Origin: Squalus acanthias
Lineage: Eukaryota
DNA length: 64,000 nucleotides
Assembly: GCA_030390025.1 (NCBI GenBank)
Contig: CM059431.1
Coordinates: 103,790,001 to 103,854,000, forward strand
Reading direction: 5' to 3'
A program made the position numbers and the translations under genes. The notes under the pieces are model-generated. The model made no database searches, was not told where the DNA came from, and saw nothing but the letters and a program-made list of their open reading frames with translations. Below are positions 49,398-61,954 of this stretch, piece by piece (the stretch's first letter is position 1; every line of letters starts with the position of its first letter).

Positions 49398-49839
49398 GTA
49401 AAGCTGTCTGTCCTCGCACTGTGACGCCAAATTATGCAGCGATTTTGCTGTGCAAACATTCTCCTTTGCACTCCCAGTGGTGTTCCAACCACTTCCTAAT
49501 TGCAAGTCACGGATAATTAAGAGGATTAGCGCTTCTGCCTTTTAATTATTTGCCCCGCTGCGTGGGAGACTGGAGCTCGCATTCTAGCCCACAGACACAC
49601 ACACGTGAGGAAACTTTTGCTTGTCACCGCTGAAAACTGTGACGACTCAAAGCTCGCCCATTAAATAGGGCACCAACAGCAATTCCTTGGCAACTGGCTC
49701 ATCAGAAACGCATGGCAAGCGAGGCATGGTGAGTGACTACGTTACGTGACACTAATTATTAAAGACTGTGTGACTTTGTGGGCCAGTACCTTTGCACGAC
49801 ATTGCAGGAGAAGCCAGTGCTGATTTATGCAGGATAATT

Positions 49840-50268
49840 AGGCCTATACTCTTTGGAGTTTAGAAGAATGAGAGGTGATCTTATTGAAACATATAAGATT
49901 CTGAAGGGGCTTTGACAGGGTAGATGCTGAGAGGATGTTTCCCCTCGTGGGGAAATCTAAAACGAGGGGGCATAGTTTCAGAAAAAGGGGTCGCCCATTT
50001 AAAACGGAGATGAGGAGGAATTTCTTCTCTCAGAGGGTCGTGAATCTTTGGAATTCTCTACCCCAGAGAGCTGCGGAAGCGGAGTCATTGAATATATTCA
50101 AGGCTGAGATAGACAGATTTTTGAGCAACAGAGGAGTCAAGGGTGATGGGGAACAGGCAGGAAAGTGGAGTTGAGGCCAAAATCGGATCAGCCATGATCT
50201 CATTAAATGGCGGAGCAGGCTCGAGGGGCCGAATGGCCTGCTCCTGCTCCTATTTCTTATGTTCTTAT
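49840..50268 (+). mobile_element. CR1 3' fragment
   Basis: LYSLEFRRMRGDLIE...; TTCTTATG tail. Confidence 0.9.
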
Positions 50269-50857
50269 GATTTACAGCGTGTATCGTTCCAGCAGAAGCA
50301 GAACCCATATTTTGTGCTGAGAGTGCAAGCAATGAAAACCACACGAGCAGCGTCCTGGCCATATCGAGTCGCAGCTCCAGTGAGCCAGGTGAAATGATGT
50401 GAGAGGAAGGAGCGAAGACTGACTACAAGGGCCATGTGTGACCGTGGGCTGGGCTTTTGGAAATGGCAACGGAAGTAACCACTGTATACACCCCTCAGAA
50501 GGCAGGCACCCTTCCTCAGACAGTCCAAACTGCTGAGATGTGGGGCTATATTTCCTGGTCTGCCCAAGCAGCTAAAGTGTTGCAATGAGCATTTAGTAAA
50601 AGCATTTTTCTTTAACTTTACCCACAGGAAAATATGGGGTTTATATTTACACCAATTGATTTCAATGGAAAAAAAACCGCGCAGAGTGTAATACGGGCTG
50701 CTGATTCACCATATTGCTCTCTTGCCCAAAATAGATTTCACCCCCCGATATATCTCAGATAGTTCCACCTCAGTAAGTAAATTAACATCAGGCTTCCCTA
50801 AATTAGGACGTTGCGGTTGTTGGATTGTTTCTAAATTGAGGAAAGTATCAAATATTT

Positions 50858-51583
50858 ACATAGAACTACATAGAATTTACAGCACAGAAACAGGCCATTC
50901 GGCCCAACTGGTCCGTGCCGGTGTTTATTGCTCCACACGAGCCTCCTCCCACCCCTCTTCATCTCACCCTATCGACATATCCTTCTATTCCTTTCTCTCT
51001 CATGTAATTATCTAGCTTGTCCTTAAATGTATCTATACTATTTGGCTCAACTACTCTTTCAAAATTCTCATCCTGGTTTTCAAATCCCTCCATGTCCTCG
51101 CCCCTCCTTATCTCTGTAACCTCCTCCAGCCCTACAACCCCCTGAGATCACCGCGCTTTGCCGATTCGGGCCTCTTAAACATCTCCGATTTTAATCGCTC
51201 CACCATTGGTGGCCGTGCCTTCAGCTGCCTGGGCATCAAGCTCTGAAATTCCCTCCCTAAACCTCTCCGCCTCTCTACCTCTCTCTCCTCCTTTAAGATG
51301 CTCCCTAAAACCTACCTCTTTGACCAAGCTTTTGGTCACCTGTCCTAACATCTCCTTATGTGGGTCGGTGTCAAATTTTGTTTGATAATCGCTCCTGTGA
51401 AGCGCCGTGGGACATTTTACTATGTTAAAGGCGCTGTATAAAAATGCAAGTTGTTGTTGTAGCGAGTTCCACATTCTAACCATTCTCTGGGTAAAGAAGT
51501 TTCTCCTGAATTCCCTACTGGATTTACTGTGACTACCATATATTTACGGCCCCTAGTTTTGGACTCCCCCCACAAGTGGAAAT
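50858..51583. mobile_element. CR1 3' fragment (-) interrupted by L2 3' fragment (51058-51460, +)
   Basis: CR1 resumes after the (TTG)n tail. Confidence 0.82.
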
Positions 51584-52721
51584 TTAAAAAACAATGAGAG
51601 GGGACTCATTGTTTGGTGGGCCAGAAGGCTGCCTTAAAATGAAGGCATTGCATCAATTCTGTACTTTTGTAATCATAGGAACAGGTGGAGGCCGGTCAGC
51701 CCCTCGGGCCTGCTCCGCTGTTCAATTGGATCCATCCACCCGCCTTGGTTCCATAACCCCTTAATACCCTTACCCAACAAAAATCTATCAATCTCAGTTT
51801 ACATTTACAATAAAACTACTTCTTAAAGCTTTCAAATGAGAAAGGGTTAATTCCAGTCCACTCACACAGCGTGGTAAGATTTCTGACTATGCGATAGTGT
51901 AAGACGGGTGCTAGCGAGTCAACAGCCTGTTTTTACATCTCTCCCAGTTTTTATTTCCAGTGACTTTGATGTAGAACAGGTTTGCCGATTCGCTATCACC
52001 CATTTTACAATATCGCACAAAGACCAGACCAACCCCATGAGTGTCTATTTCTGATACCTGTCTTAAGCTTAGGGTCGCCCACTCCCAAGTTTTGCTATAT
52101 TTGATTCAGCTGGCAGAAGGCACACGAGATGGGCCAGGAAGAGACAAGGTTGTCGCTTTCCTCACATCAGAGGATACCCGCCGACCCACGATTTAGACAA
52201 GACCTGACGGGAACGATCACACATATTGGTTAAGCAGCTCGGAGTGCTGTCAACCGTTGATCTTGTTACGAGAGACAGTGAACTCCAAGCTCCCGACAGG
52301 AAAGGCAGTCCCACAGGATGCTTCAAATAATAAGTTTACAAGTTGCAGCTTGTTTAATGCAATTTAGATACCATAATTTCTCAATCAAGCGGCTCCCCCG
52401 TAAGGGTCTGTGATTGAGTCACAGTAGACAACACTCCGCACAAAATGATTGACGATTAATCTTTTAACAGCAAAGGTACTGTGCTACTAGTTCTTCGATT
52501 TTGAAAGGAAACTCAAACAATCAAAGAAAATTTCACCTAAATTAATCACAGTCTAGCTTGAAGGTAGTCTTGCAGCACTGGTGCTGTATGATAAGTATGC
52601 AGTAGTGCCTGGAAGTGTGATGTGTTTGCATCACAACACTCCTTTGTCATCAGGCGTGATACGTTTTCAGTGTATGGAATATTCAGATGGCGTCCTCTTA
52701 TTCAACGTTACTACAGATTCT

Positions 52722-52933
52722 TTTTTATTCGTATATGGGATGTGGGCATCGCTGGCAAGGCCAGCATTTATTGCCCATCCCTAATTGCCCTTGAGGTGGT
52801 CGTGGTGAGCCGCTTTCTTGAACTGCTGCAGTCCGTGTGGTGAAGGTGCTCCCACAGTGCTGTTAGGGAGGGAGTTCCAGGATTGTGACCCAGCGACGAT
52901 GAAGGATCGGCCGATATACTTCTAAGTCAGGAT
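52722..52933 (-). mobile_element. 3' tail of the CR1-group LINE seen at 58085-61312
   Basis: Matches 58095-58300. Confidence 0.85.
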
Positions 52934-53097
52934 TAAATATACATGTGAGGAAAAAGCATGAATATGCAGTCATGTGACTCAAAGATAAAGCAGGCAAGAG
53001 CTTAGATTGTCAAAGCTTTCCACAGATCTCTCCACATCTAACTGCTTCCAAAATTATTGTACATCATTTAAAAAGAAAAGGAAATATAAATATATAG

Positions 53098-53405
53098 TAG
53101 AGGGGTCAACAACCAGGGGGCATAGATTTAAAGTAATTGGTCGGAGGTTTAGAGGGGATTTGAGGGGAAATTTCTTCACCCAGAGGGTGGTGGGGGTCTG
53201 GAACTCACTGCCTGAAAGGATGGTAGAGGCAGAAACCCTCATCACATTTAAAAAGTCCTTGGATATGCACTTGAAGTACCGTAACCTACAGGGCTACGGA
53301 CCAAGAGCTGGAAAGTGGGATTAGGCTGGATAGCTCTTTGTCGGCCGACACAGACTCGATGGGCTGAATAGCCTCCTTCTGTGCTGTAAATTTCTATGAT
53401 TCTAT
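53098..53405 (+). mobile_element. CR1 3' fragment
   Basis: FFTQRVVGVWNSLP; ATTCTATG tail split by a MITE. Confidence 0.88.
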
Positions 53406-54281
53406 GGGGGAGAAATTCAGTATCGCCCCATTTGGGGCGCAATTATCGGCCGGGCGCAGAGATTAGCGCCTGGCGCTAATTATCGCCTCCGACTGCAAAC
53501 TTGACTTTTATCGCCCCTGGAGGTGATTGGAGCGCTAAATCAGGCGCTACACACCTGTCTTAAGGCGCAAAGGACGAGGAGCGAGGCGCTAACTCAGAGC
53601 GCTGGCGAAGCTCATGTGATGTCAGTCAGCAATGGAACACAGACACAATGGCGCCGGCCAGTTCTTAAAGGGGAGGGTTGATCTTGCTTTCCATCCACAT
53701 CCTGCTCATTGCAGCCTTGAATCTCGGCCTGGAGAGACCTGTACATCAAATCTGCTGGAAAGAACAATGGAGAGGACCAGGGAAAGAGCTCAGATTGCAA
53801 CCCCCACAGTCTCTTCTAAATCGATACAAGGAAGAGCAAATCAAAATGAACCTGCAAAGTGCTGCTCAGTACCCAAAACTCCTTCACACAGCATTGAATC
53901 TCTCCAGAAGTCTCTCTCTCTCTCACAGAATGTGTGGTTCAAAAATGTCACCAACAAATAAAGGCAGGAAGCGGTCACCTTTAAATAGCGCTCCCCCAGT
54001 CCCTTCCTGACTGTAAAACGCTCCCCTCAACCTGTTGTTGCTAGCGGCAGGCGGTAAAGCAGGGGGCGCCACTCAATATCCGCTCCGGGGCGCTACCGGG
54101 GCGTTGCGCACTCGACTGACGTCACGATCTGCCGGCGCAGGAGATCGTGGCGGTAGTGTTTAGCACCGCCGGAAAATGTCTAGTTAATTTTGCGAGTGGT
54201 GCAAACATCGCCGCGCCCAGGCGCTAGTTGCTTTGCGCCCCATTAGCGCCCTCTTAAGGCAAACAACTGAATTTTTCCCCG
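53406..54281. mobile_element. 876-bp GC-rich non-autonomous Harbinger element
   Basis: TIRs GGGGGAGAAATTCAG / CTGAATTTTTCCCCG; 3-bp TSD TAT in a CR1 tail; (TA)GCGCC motifs like the left end of 13806 element. Confidence 0.88.
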
Positions 54282-54530
54282 TATGATTCTATGATAAAGG
54301 GAGGAATACAATTAAGAGACTGGACTGTCAGACATACTGCGGTTGGTGATGCATAGCCAAGTATGCATTTTCAAGTAAAAATAATGAAATTAAGTGCCCT
54401 GAAGATTAGTAAGAGTCTGCATTTACTTTTATTCAGAGCAATAAATGTAAGTAACCCATGAACCTTATCAGCAAACTAAAGACCACTTGATGTTATGTTC
54501 AGGGTGGTAGGTGCCCTATTTTTAGATAAT

Positions 54531-55273
54531 GGCCCAAAAATTAGTGCCGCTACGCGAGAGTACGCACTGTGTACTCTCGTGTATTCTGTCTCCAATTGCC
54601 GGTTTTCTGCATGTACTGCGCATGCGCTGAAAACCGGCACTTGGTGAATTCAAAAGGGGGCGGTTCCTAAGTGGACCGCGTGCGCGCTACAGGCTGCGCG
54701 CACGCAGTGCACTTAGTGCTTTGAACGCGCAGGTAAGCACGGAAGATTTTTGACATAAAGAAAGGAGGTGTAAGACCCTCTTTTAACAAGGTAAGTACTT
54801 AATTAAGTATTATTTTGATTTTTTTTTAACAGGTATATCTTTTTTAGAGACTTTAAAGACAGGTAAGTTTATTTTTATAACTTTTGAAAAGATTTTAAAT
54901 TTTTTCAAAAATTTTATTTTTTGTTTAAAATGGTTAATTTATTTAACTATACTTATTTTATTAATGTGATGGGTTTTTTTTATAATTTAATTGAGGTTTA
55001 GCTGTTCTTTTGGGGGGTATAGTATTCATAGCTTTCACAGCACTTATGTGAAAGCTATGAATGAAAGATGGTGTGCTGCCATTGGCTCTAACTGAGTCAT
55101 GTGATCCCACAGCTCGCACGAATTAACTACGCCTGTGGGATACGAAAGCCCTGCACAGCTGCTGTCCAGAACATCAAGTTCGTGCGAGCTCGGACTGAAA
55201 AAGCCAGCATGCAGTGAGAGATCGCGGGAAGGCCTTACCCTCGCACGAAGGCTCACTCACTAATTTTTGGGCC
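54531..55273 (+). mobile_element. MITE, close copy of 23459-24204
   Basis: Perfect TIR GGCCCAAAAATTAGTG; colinear over full length. Confidence 0.93.
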
Positions 55274-55509
55274 ATTATGTTATACAGTACTGCAACTTAC
55301 ATTATTATCAGTTGTAATCCAATCATATTACATTAGTACAGTTATCACTAGTGAGTGCCGTAAAAGAAACCCTAAGGGAAAATCTTGACTTCCATAACTT
55401 ATTACACAGCACAAAACCATGGTTACAGCAGCTGTGGTGAATCTGGCTATATCAAGGAGGGGTGTGGAAGCCAGCAGATGGATGACTTTAATACATACCA
55501 TCCTCCTCC

Positions 55510-56530
55510 CAACCACACACACACAGAAACGCTCGGGCTTACACACACAGACACTCGCCTGCCCCCACACATTCTTACTTACACAGACACATCCCCCCAC
55601 AAACACATAGGGCTGGATTTTCAATGACCCGTGGAGTCGGGTTTGGAGGCGTGTGGGGGGTTAAAGTTGCAGATTCGGGGGTCCCGACCCCATCCCAACT
55701 CCATCCCACCTCCACGCAATTTTGACAAAATCGGTCGCGGGGTTCCCGACTCCGTCCCGCCTCCAAGAGGCGGGAGAGGCCATTAAAGCCCTTAACAAGC
55801 CCTAAATTGGCTCTGTAATGCCATTTTGAAACGTTTTAGCTAGTTTAACCCTTTTCCGATGTGAAGCACGCCTGATGTGAAACACGCCAGTGAAACCTGG
55901 CGGGAGCACAAGTGGATAGCTGACTATCAGCTGCAGGTCCACTATTACAACGGAGATGTGATGAAGGTAGTAGTAGTATCAGGTCTGAAAGTCGCCTCTG
56001 ATGCTACTGCATTGAATGTCTTCAGAGACTGCCTGAGAGGACTTGGTTGCAAAAAAATTCTCTCTCTCTCTCTCTCTCTCTCTCTGAGATGCTGCTCATT
56101 TTGCATCCAGGTCCTCTCACAGCAAAGGCCAGGCAATCTCTGAGACCAGGCAGTCTCTGACCTGCAATGATGACATCATCAGAGGTGACTTTCAGACTGA
56201 AACCACGAATTGGTTCATGGGTTCCCACATGCTGGAACTCAATTGCCCAATTAAGTGAAAATTGCATCAATCTCCCACATCCAATTGCAGGCGGGTGGAT
56301 AACATGAAATGCGGATGACACGACCCCAACCTGCCCCAGTATCAAAATCCAGCCCATACACTCACACTTACACACAGAGACACTAACCCCCCACACATAC
56401 ACTCGCACTTATAGACATAGACACTCCCCTACACATTGCACAAATGCTCGCGCTCACACATTCCCCCACACACACACTCACGCTTACATACACAGACACC
56501 TCCCCCCCCCCCCACCACACACACACACAC
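55510..56530. repeat. Degenerate (CA)n tract split by a MITE
   Basis: CA-rich sequence 55510-55609 and 56356-56530. Confidence 0.8.
55610..56355. mobile_element. 746-bp Harbinger-type MITE
   Basis: TIR GGGCTGGATTTT / AAAATCCAGCCC, TSD ATA. Confidence 0.88.
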
Positions 56531-57316
56531 AAACAAGGCACCTCCAACAGTGCTGCACTGAAGGAGATGATTCTGTCACCGACAACACCACCACAGCAGA
56601 AAACACCAACAACACGAGTAAGCGTCCGGATAAAGGATTTGACACTTACATCCAACACAGCCATTGGTACTGTATCAGACCTACAAGAAACCTGTGATGT
56701 AGTATTTAAGTAAAGGAAGGCTAATGATTTAGACCCATTGTGGCTCATAAATGTTTCTGCTCTCGGCCTCAAGAAGAGAAACAAGTGATCCCAGTCTCTA
56801 TAAGTTCAGGGCAATATTACTGGTGCAATAGCATTCAAGGGACATTTTAATTAGGCATCTACAGTGTTCTATCAATCACATATTATAGAAAGCTCCATCA
56901 ATGTAGAGCACAGTGTGCTGGACTCCAGGTACACTGCAATCCATTCATATTGGATCATTTCAACTGACATAGGGATGGAATAGTGACGCATGGAGGAAAC
57001 AACAAAGGAACATAACTGACAGAGACTCAAATAGGGGGTGAACTCTTCAAGTAAGGTAGGATTGATAGAAACCTTGAGGCATACTTGACAGATCTTAGTG
57101 CGGAACTGTAGGCAGCTATTAAGGAGGTTAGGATTGTCATTCAGATTGATTTTAGCAGTCAATGGCTCCATTCATCATCTCTGAGACATGATGGATTATA
57201 ACTTGAGATATCATAAGCAGGACCATGAGTGTCTGTTGCAGTAGTTTGTCTGCTTTGGTGTATACCCCAAGCAACATATACCACAAGCACCAGTACAGAC
57301 GTTGAGCTCAGATATC

Positions 57317-57728
57317 AAAGAAAGACTTGTGTTTATATCGCGCCTTTCATGACCACTGGACGTCCCAAAGCGCTTTACAGCCAATTAAGTACGTTTGAAG
57401 TGCAGTCACTGTAGAAACACGGCAGCCAATTTGCACACAGCAAGATCCCACACACAGCAGTGTGATAACGACCAGTGATGTCGATTGAGGGATAAATCTT
57501 GCCCAGGATACCGGGGATAACTCCCCTGCACTTCTTCGATATTGAGCCGTGGGACCGTTTACGTCCACCTGAGAGAGCAGACGGGACCTCGGTTTAACGT
57601 CTCATCTGAAAAACGACCTCTCTGACAGTGCGGCACTCCCTCAGATTTTTATGCTCAAGTCTCTGGACTGGGACTTGAACCTTTGACTCAGAGGCGAGAG
57701 TGCTACACAACTGAGCCACGGCTGACAC
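57317..57728 (-). mobile_element. DeuSINE with internal deletions
   Basis: Head, core, tail. Confidence 0.85.
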
Positions 57729-58084
57729 TCAATGTGCATCACCACATTAAAATTGGCCAATGAGGCTGATTCTTCTTGAGCCAGAACAATTACAGTTTTA
57801 AGCAGGTTTAAGGGTGCATGAAATGAACATTCTGATTTCCACCGAAACTTGGAAATGAATTTTATATAAGCACATAAGTAATGGAGGATGCAGTCAATAC
57901 TTGGAGGAACCCGTGGCGCCTCTTTCTGCTTTGACTGCCCAATGGTAAGGCCCCTCTGAAAGTGCCAGCGTTGTCATTATTGGGGTGGTAAGCCTATCAA
58001 CTCCATTTTGTGGCCATTAATGCCCCATTGATGCCAATTTTGGCAAGTTAAAACTGACATGATCTGTCTAAGGATGAAGCATAT

Positions 58085-61000
58085 TTTTTTTTAAATTTGT
58101 TTATGGGATCAGGGTGTCGCTGGCAATGCCAGCATTTATTGCCCATCCCTCGTTGCCCTTGAGAAGGTGGTGGTGAGCTGCCTTCTTGAACCGCTGCAGT
58201 CCTTGTGGTGATGGTACTCCCACAGTGCTGTTAGGTAGGGAGTTCCAGGGTTTTGACCCAGCGACAATGAAGGATCGGCGATATACTTCTAAGTCAGGAT
58301 GGTGTGTGACTTGGAGGGGAACTTGGAGGTGGTGGTGTTCCCATGCACCTGCTGCCCTTGTCCTTCTAGGTGGAAGAGGTCGCGGGTTTGGGAGGTGCTG
58401 CCGAAGAAGCCTTGGCGAGTTGCTACAGTGCATCTTGTAGATGGTACACACTGCACCCACGGTACGCCTGGTGGTGAAGGGAGTGAATGTTTAAGGTGGT
58501 AGATGGGGTGCCAATCAAGCGGGCTGCTTTGTCCTGGATGGTGTCGAGCTTCTTGAGTGTTGTTGGAGCTGCACTCATCCAGGCAAGTGGAGAGTATTCC
58601 ATCACACTCCTTACTTGTGCCTTGTAGATGGTGGAAAGGCTTTGGGGAGTCAGGAGGTGAGACACTCGCCGCAGAATACCTAGCCTCTGACGTACTCTTG
58701 TTGCCACAGTATTTATATGGCTGGTCCAGTTAAGTTTCTGGTTAATGGTGACCCCCAGGATATTGATAGTGGGGGATTCGGCGACGGTAATGCCATTTAA
58801 AGTCAAGGGGAGTTGGTTAGACTCTTGCTTGTTGGAGATAGTCATTGCCTGGCACTTCTGTGGTGTGAATGTTACCTGCCACTTATCGGCCCAAGCCTGA
58901 ACGACGTCCAGGTCTTGTTGTATGTGGGCATGGACTGCTTCATTAGCTGTGGAGTTGTGAATGGCGCTGAACACTGTGCAGCCATCAGCGAACATCCCCA
59001 TTTCTGACCTTATGTTGGAGGGAAGGTCATTAATGAAGCAGCTGGGCCTAGGACACTGCCCTGAGGAACTCCTGCAGTGATGTCCTGGGTCTGTGATGAT
59101 TGACTTTCAACCACCACAACCATCTTCCTTTGTGCTAGGTATGGTTCCAGCCAGTGGAGCGTTTTCCCCCTGATTCCCATTGACTTCAGTTTTACTAGGG
59201 CTCCTTGATGCCACACTCGGTCAAATGCTGCCTTGATGTCAAGGGCAGTCACTCTCACCTCACCTCTGGAATTCAGCTCCTTTGTCCATGTTTGGACCAA
59301 GCCTGTAATGAGGTTGGGAACCCAACTGGGCATCAGTGAGCAGGTGCCGCTTGATAGCGCTGTCGATGACACCTTCCATCACTTTGCTGATGATTGAGAG
59401 TAGACTGATGGGGTGGCAATTGGCCATGTTGAATTTGTCCTCCTTTTTGTGGACAGGACATACCTGGGCAGTTTTCCACATTGTCGGATAGATGCCAGTG
59501 TTGCAGCTGTACTGGAACAGCTTGGCTAGAGGCGCGGCTAGTTCTGGAGCACAAGTCTTCAGCACGATAGCCGGGATGTTGTCAGGGCCCATAGCGTTTG
59601 CTGTATCCAGTGCACTCAGCTGTTTCTTGATATCACGTGGAGTGAATCGAATTGGCTGAAGACTGGCTTCTGTGATGGTGGGGACCTCGGGAGTAGGCCG
59701 ATATGGATCATCCACTGGGCACTTCTGGCTGAAGTTGGTTGCAAATGCTTCAGCCTTGTCTTTTGCACTCACATACTGAGCTTCACCATCATTGAGGATG
59801 GGGATATTCTTGGAGCCTCCTCCTCCCGTTAGTTGTTTAATGGTCCACCACCATTCACAACTGGATGTGGCAGGACTGCAGAGCTTTGATCTGATCCATT
59901 GATTGTGGGATTGCTTAGCTCTGTCTATAGCATGCTGCTCCTGCTTTTTAGCATGCATGTAGTCCTGTGTTGCAGCTTCCCCAGGTTGGCACCTCATTTT
60001 TAGGTACACCTGGTGCTGCTCCTGGCATGCTCTTCTACACTCGTTGTTGGTAATGGTAGAGTGAGGGATATACAAGGCCACGAGGTTACAGATTGTGGTG
60101 GAATACAATTCTGCTGCTGCCGCACAGCACCTCATGGATGCCCAATTTTGAGCTGCTAGATCGGTTCTGAATCTATCCTATTTAGCACAGTAGTAGTGCC
60201 ACACAACACGATGGAGGGTGCCCTCAGTGTGAAGATGGGACTTCATCTCCCCAATGACTGTGCTGGTGGTCATTGCTACCAATACTGTCATGGACAGATG
60301 CATCTGCGACAGGTAGATTGGTGAGGATGAGGTCAAGTAGGTTTTTCCCCTCATGTTGGTTCTCTCGCCACCTGTCGCAGGCCCAGACTGGCAGTTATGT
60401 CCTTCAGGACTCTGCCAGCTCGGTCAGTAGTGGTGCTACCGAGCCACTCTTGGTGATGGAAATTGAAGTCCCCCACCCAGAGTACATTCTGTGCCCTTGC
60501 TACTCTCAGTGCTTCTTCAACATGGAGGAGTACTGATTCATCAGCTGAGGGAGGGCAGTAGGTGGTAATCAGCAGGAGGTTTTCTTGCGCATGCCTGGCC
60601 TGAAGCCATGAGACTTCATGGGGTCCGGAGTCAATGTTGAGGACTCCCAGGGCCACTCCTTCCCGACTGTATACCGCCCCTGGTGGGTCTGTCCTGCCGG
60701 TGGGACAGGATATACCCAGGGATGGTGATGGAGGAGTCTGGGACATTGGCTGAAAGGTATGATTCTGTGAGTATGACTATGTCAGGCTGTTGCTTGACTA
60801 GTCTGTGGGACAGCTCTCCCAATTTTGGCACAAGTCCCCAGATGTTGGTGAGGTGGACTTTGCAGGATCGACTGGGCTGAGTGCGCCGTTGCCATGTCCA
60901 TAGCCGATGCCAAGGTCGATGCCGGGTGGTCCATCCGGTTTCATTCTTATTATTTTGTTTCGTAGCAGTTAGTTACAATTGAGTGGCTTGCTAGGCCATT

Positions 61001-61312
61001 TTAGAGGGCAGTTAAGAGTCAACCACATTGCTGTGGGTTTGGAGTCACATATAGGCTAGACCAGCAGGTTTCCTTTCCTAAAGGACATTAATGAACCAGA
61101 TGGGTTTTTACAACAATCTGATAGTTTCATGGTTACCATTACTGATACTAGCTTTTATTCCAGATTTATTTAATTAACTGAATTTAAATTCCCCAGCTGC
61201 TATCGTGGGATTTGAACTCACGTCTCTGGATCATTAGTCCAGACCTACTGGATTACTAGCCTAGTGACATTTCCACTACACTACCGTCCCCATTACCACT
61301 ACGCTACCGGCC
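58085..61312 (-). mobile_element. Single-ORF CR1-group LINE (APE-RT), apparently full length, with tRNA-like 5' end
   Basis: ~350-nt leader, ATG at 60944, DIVILTES, VGDFN, ALDIKAAFDRVWH, GVPQGSVLGP, MFADG; stop 58101 region; A-rich tail; frameshifted. Confidence 0.88.
61205..61290 (-). promoter_or_regulatory. Pol III type-2 promoter-like A and B boxes
   Basis: Minus strand TAGTGTAGTGG ... GAGTTCAAATC; same boxes at 18888-18965 (+). Confidence 0.65.
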
Positions 61313-61954
61313 CAAAAGAACACAAGACAACATCACTTAAGATTATTCAATGTTCCCACAGTCCCAGAGTTTTGGGAAGGTGGCTATGCCCAGGAAGATG
61401 TATCGCAATTGACGGATTGTACACAGGTTAACTAATATTATTTTAATGATGGTTATCTAAACCCGGAAGCTAAGAGCCTCAAATTGGATGGATCACTGAA
61501 CAAATAAGGATCTCTGATAAGAAATGTAAACTATTTGTATTTTGAACTGTTAAAGTCGCGATTGAAATCAACAGCTGTTAGCTGAATGTCGGTTCGTTAA
61601 TAAATCTATATATTTTAAAAATTGTCTCACAGAGTATTTCTGCATCAATCTCACGAACTCAATTTCTGTACACTCCTTTGTGAGGAGTTGCAGAATTCTG
61701 GGGGGTTTTCCGGACCCTCATAATATCCAGAAGGTTACAGTCTAGTCAAACTTGTTAAAAGTGCTATCCGGAGGATGGTAACATCTTCAGGTCGTTTCTT
61801 TCCTTTAGGGAGAGATAGTCTGACCTTTAGACCCAATTAAGCGTCTTATAGGATTTGGCTATCTCCATCTTTAGTTGAAGGTGAACGTCTGGGGAATATG
61901 CCTGATCTGGGGTAGCCCGAAAAGGGCTAGGACTTGTAATTATCCCTTCACGCT

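Noticed and set aside
56872..57171. 99-aa ORF in apparently unique DNA
   Set aside because: No recognisable domain; patchy resemblance to old L2 ORF2; no convincing splice pair
61205..61290. Genuine tRNA gene
   Set aside because: A/B boxes present but no clean cloverleaf or terminator; part of a repeat also found at 18882
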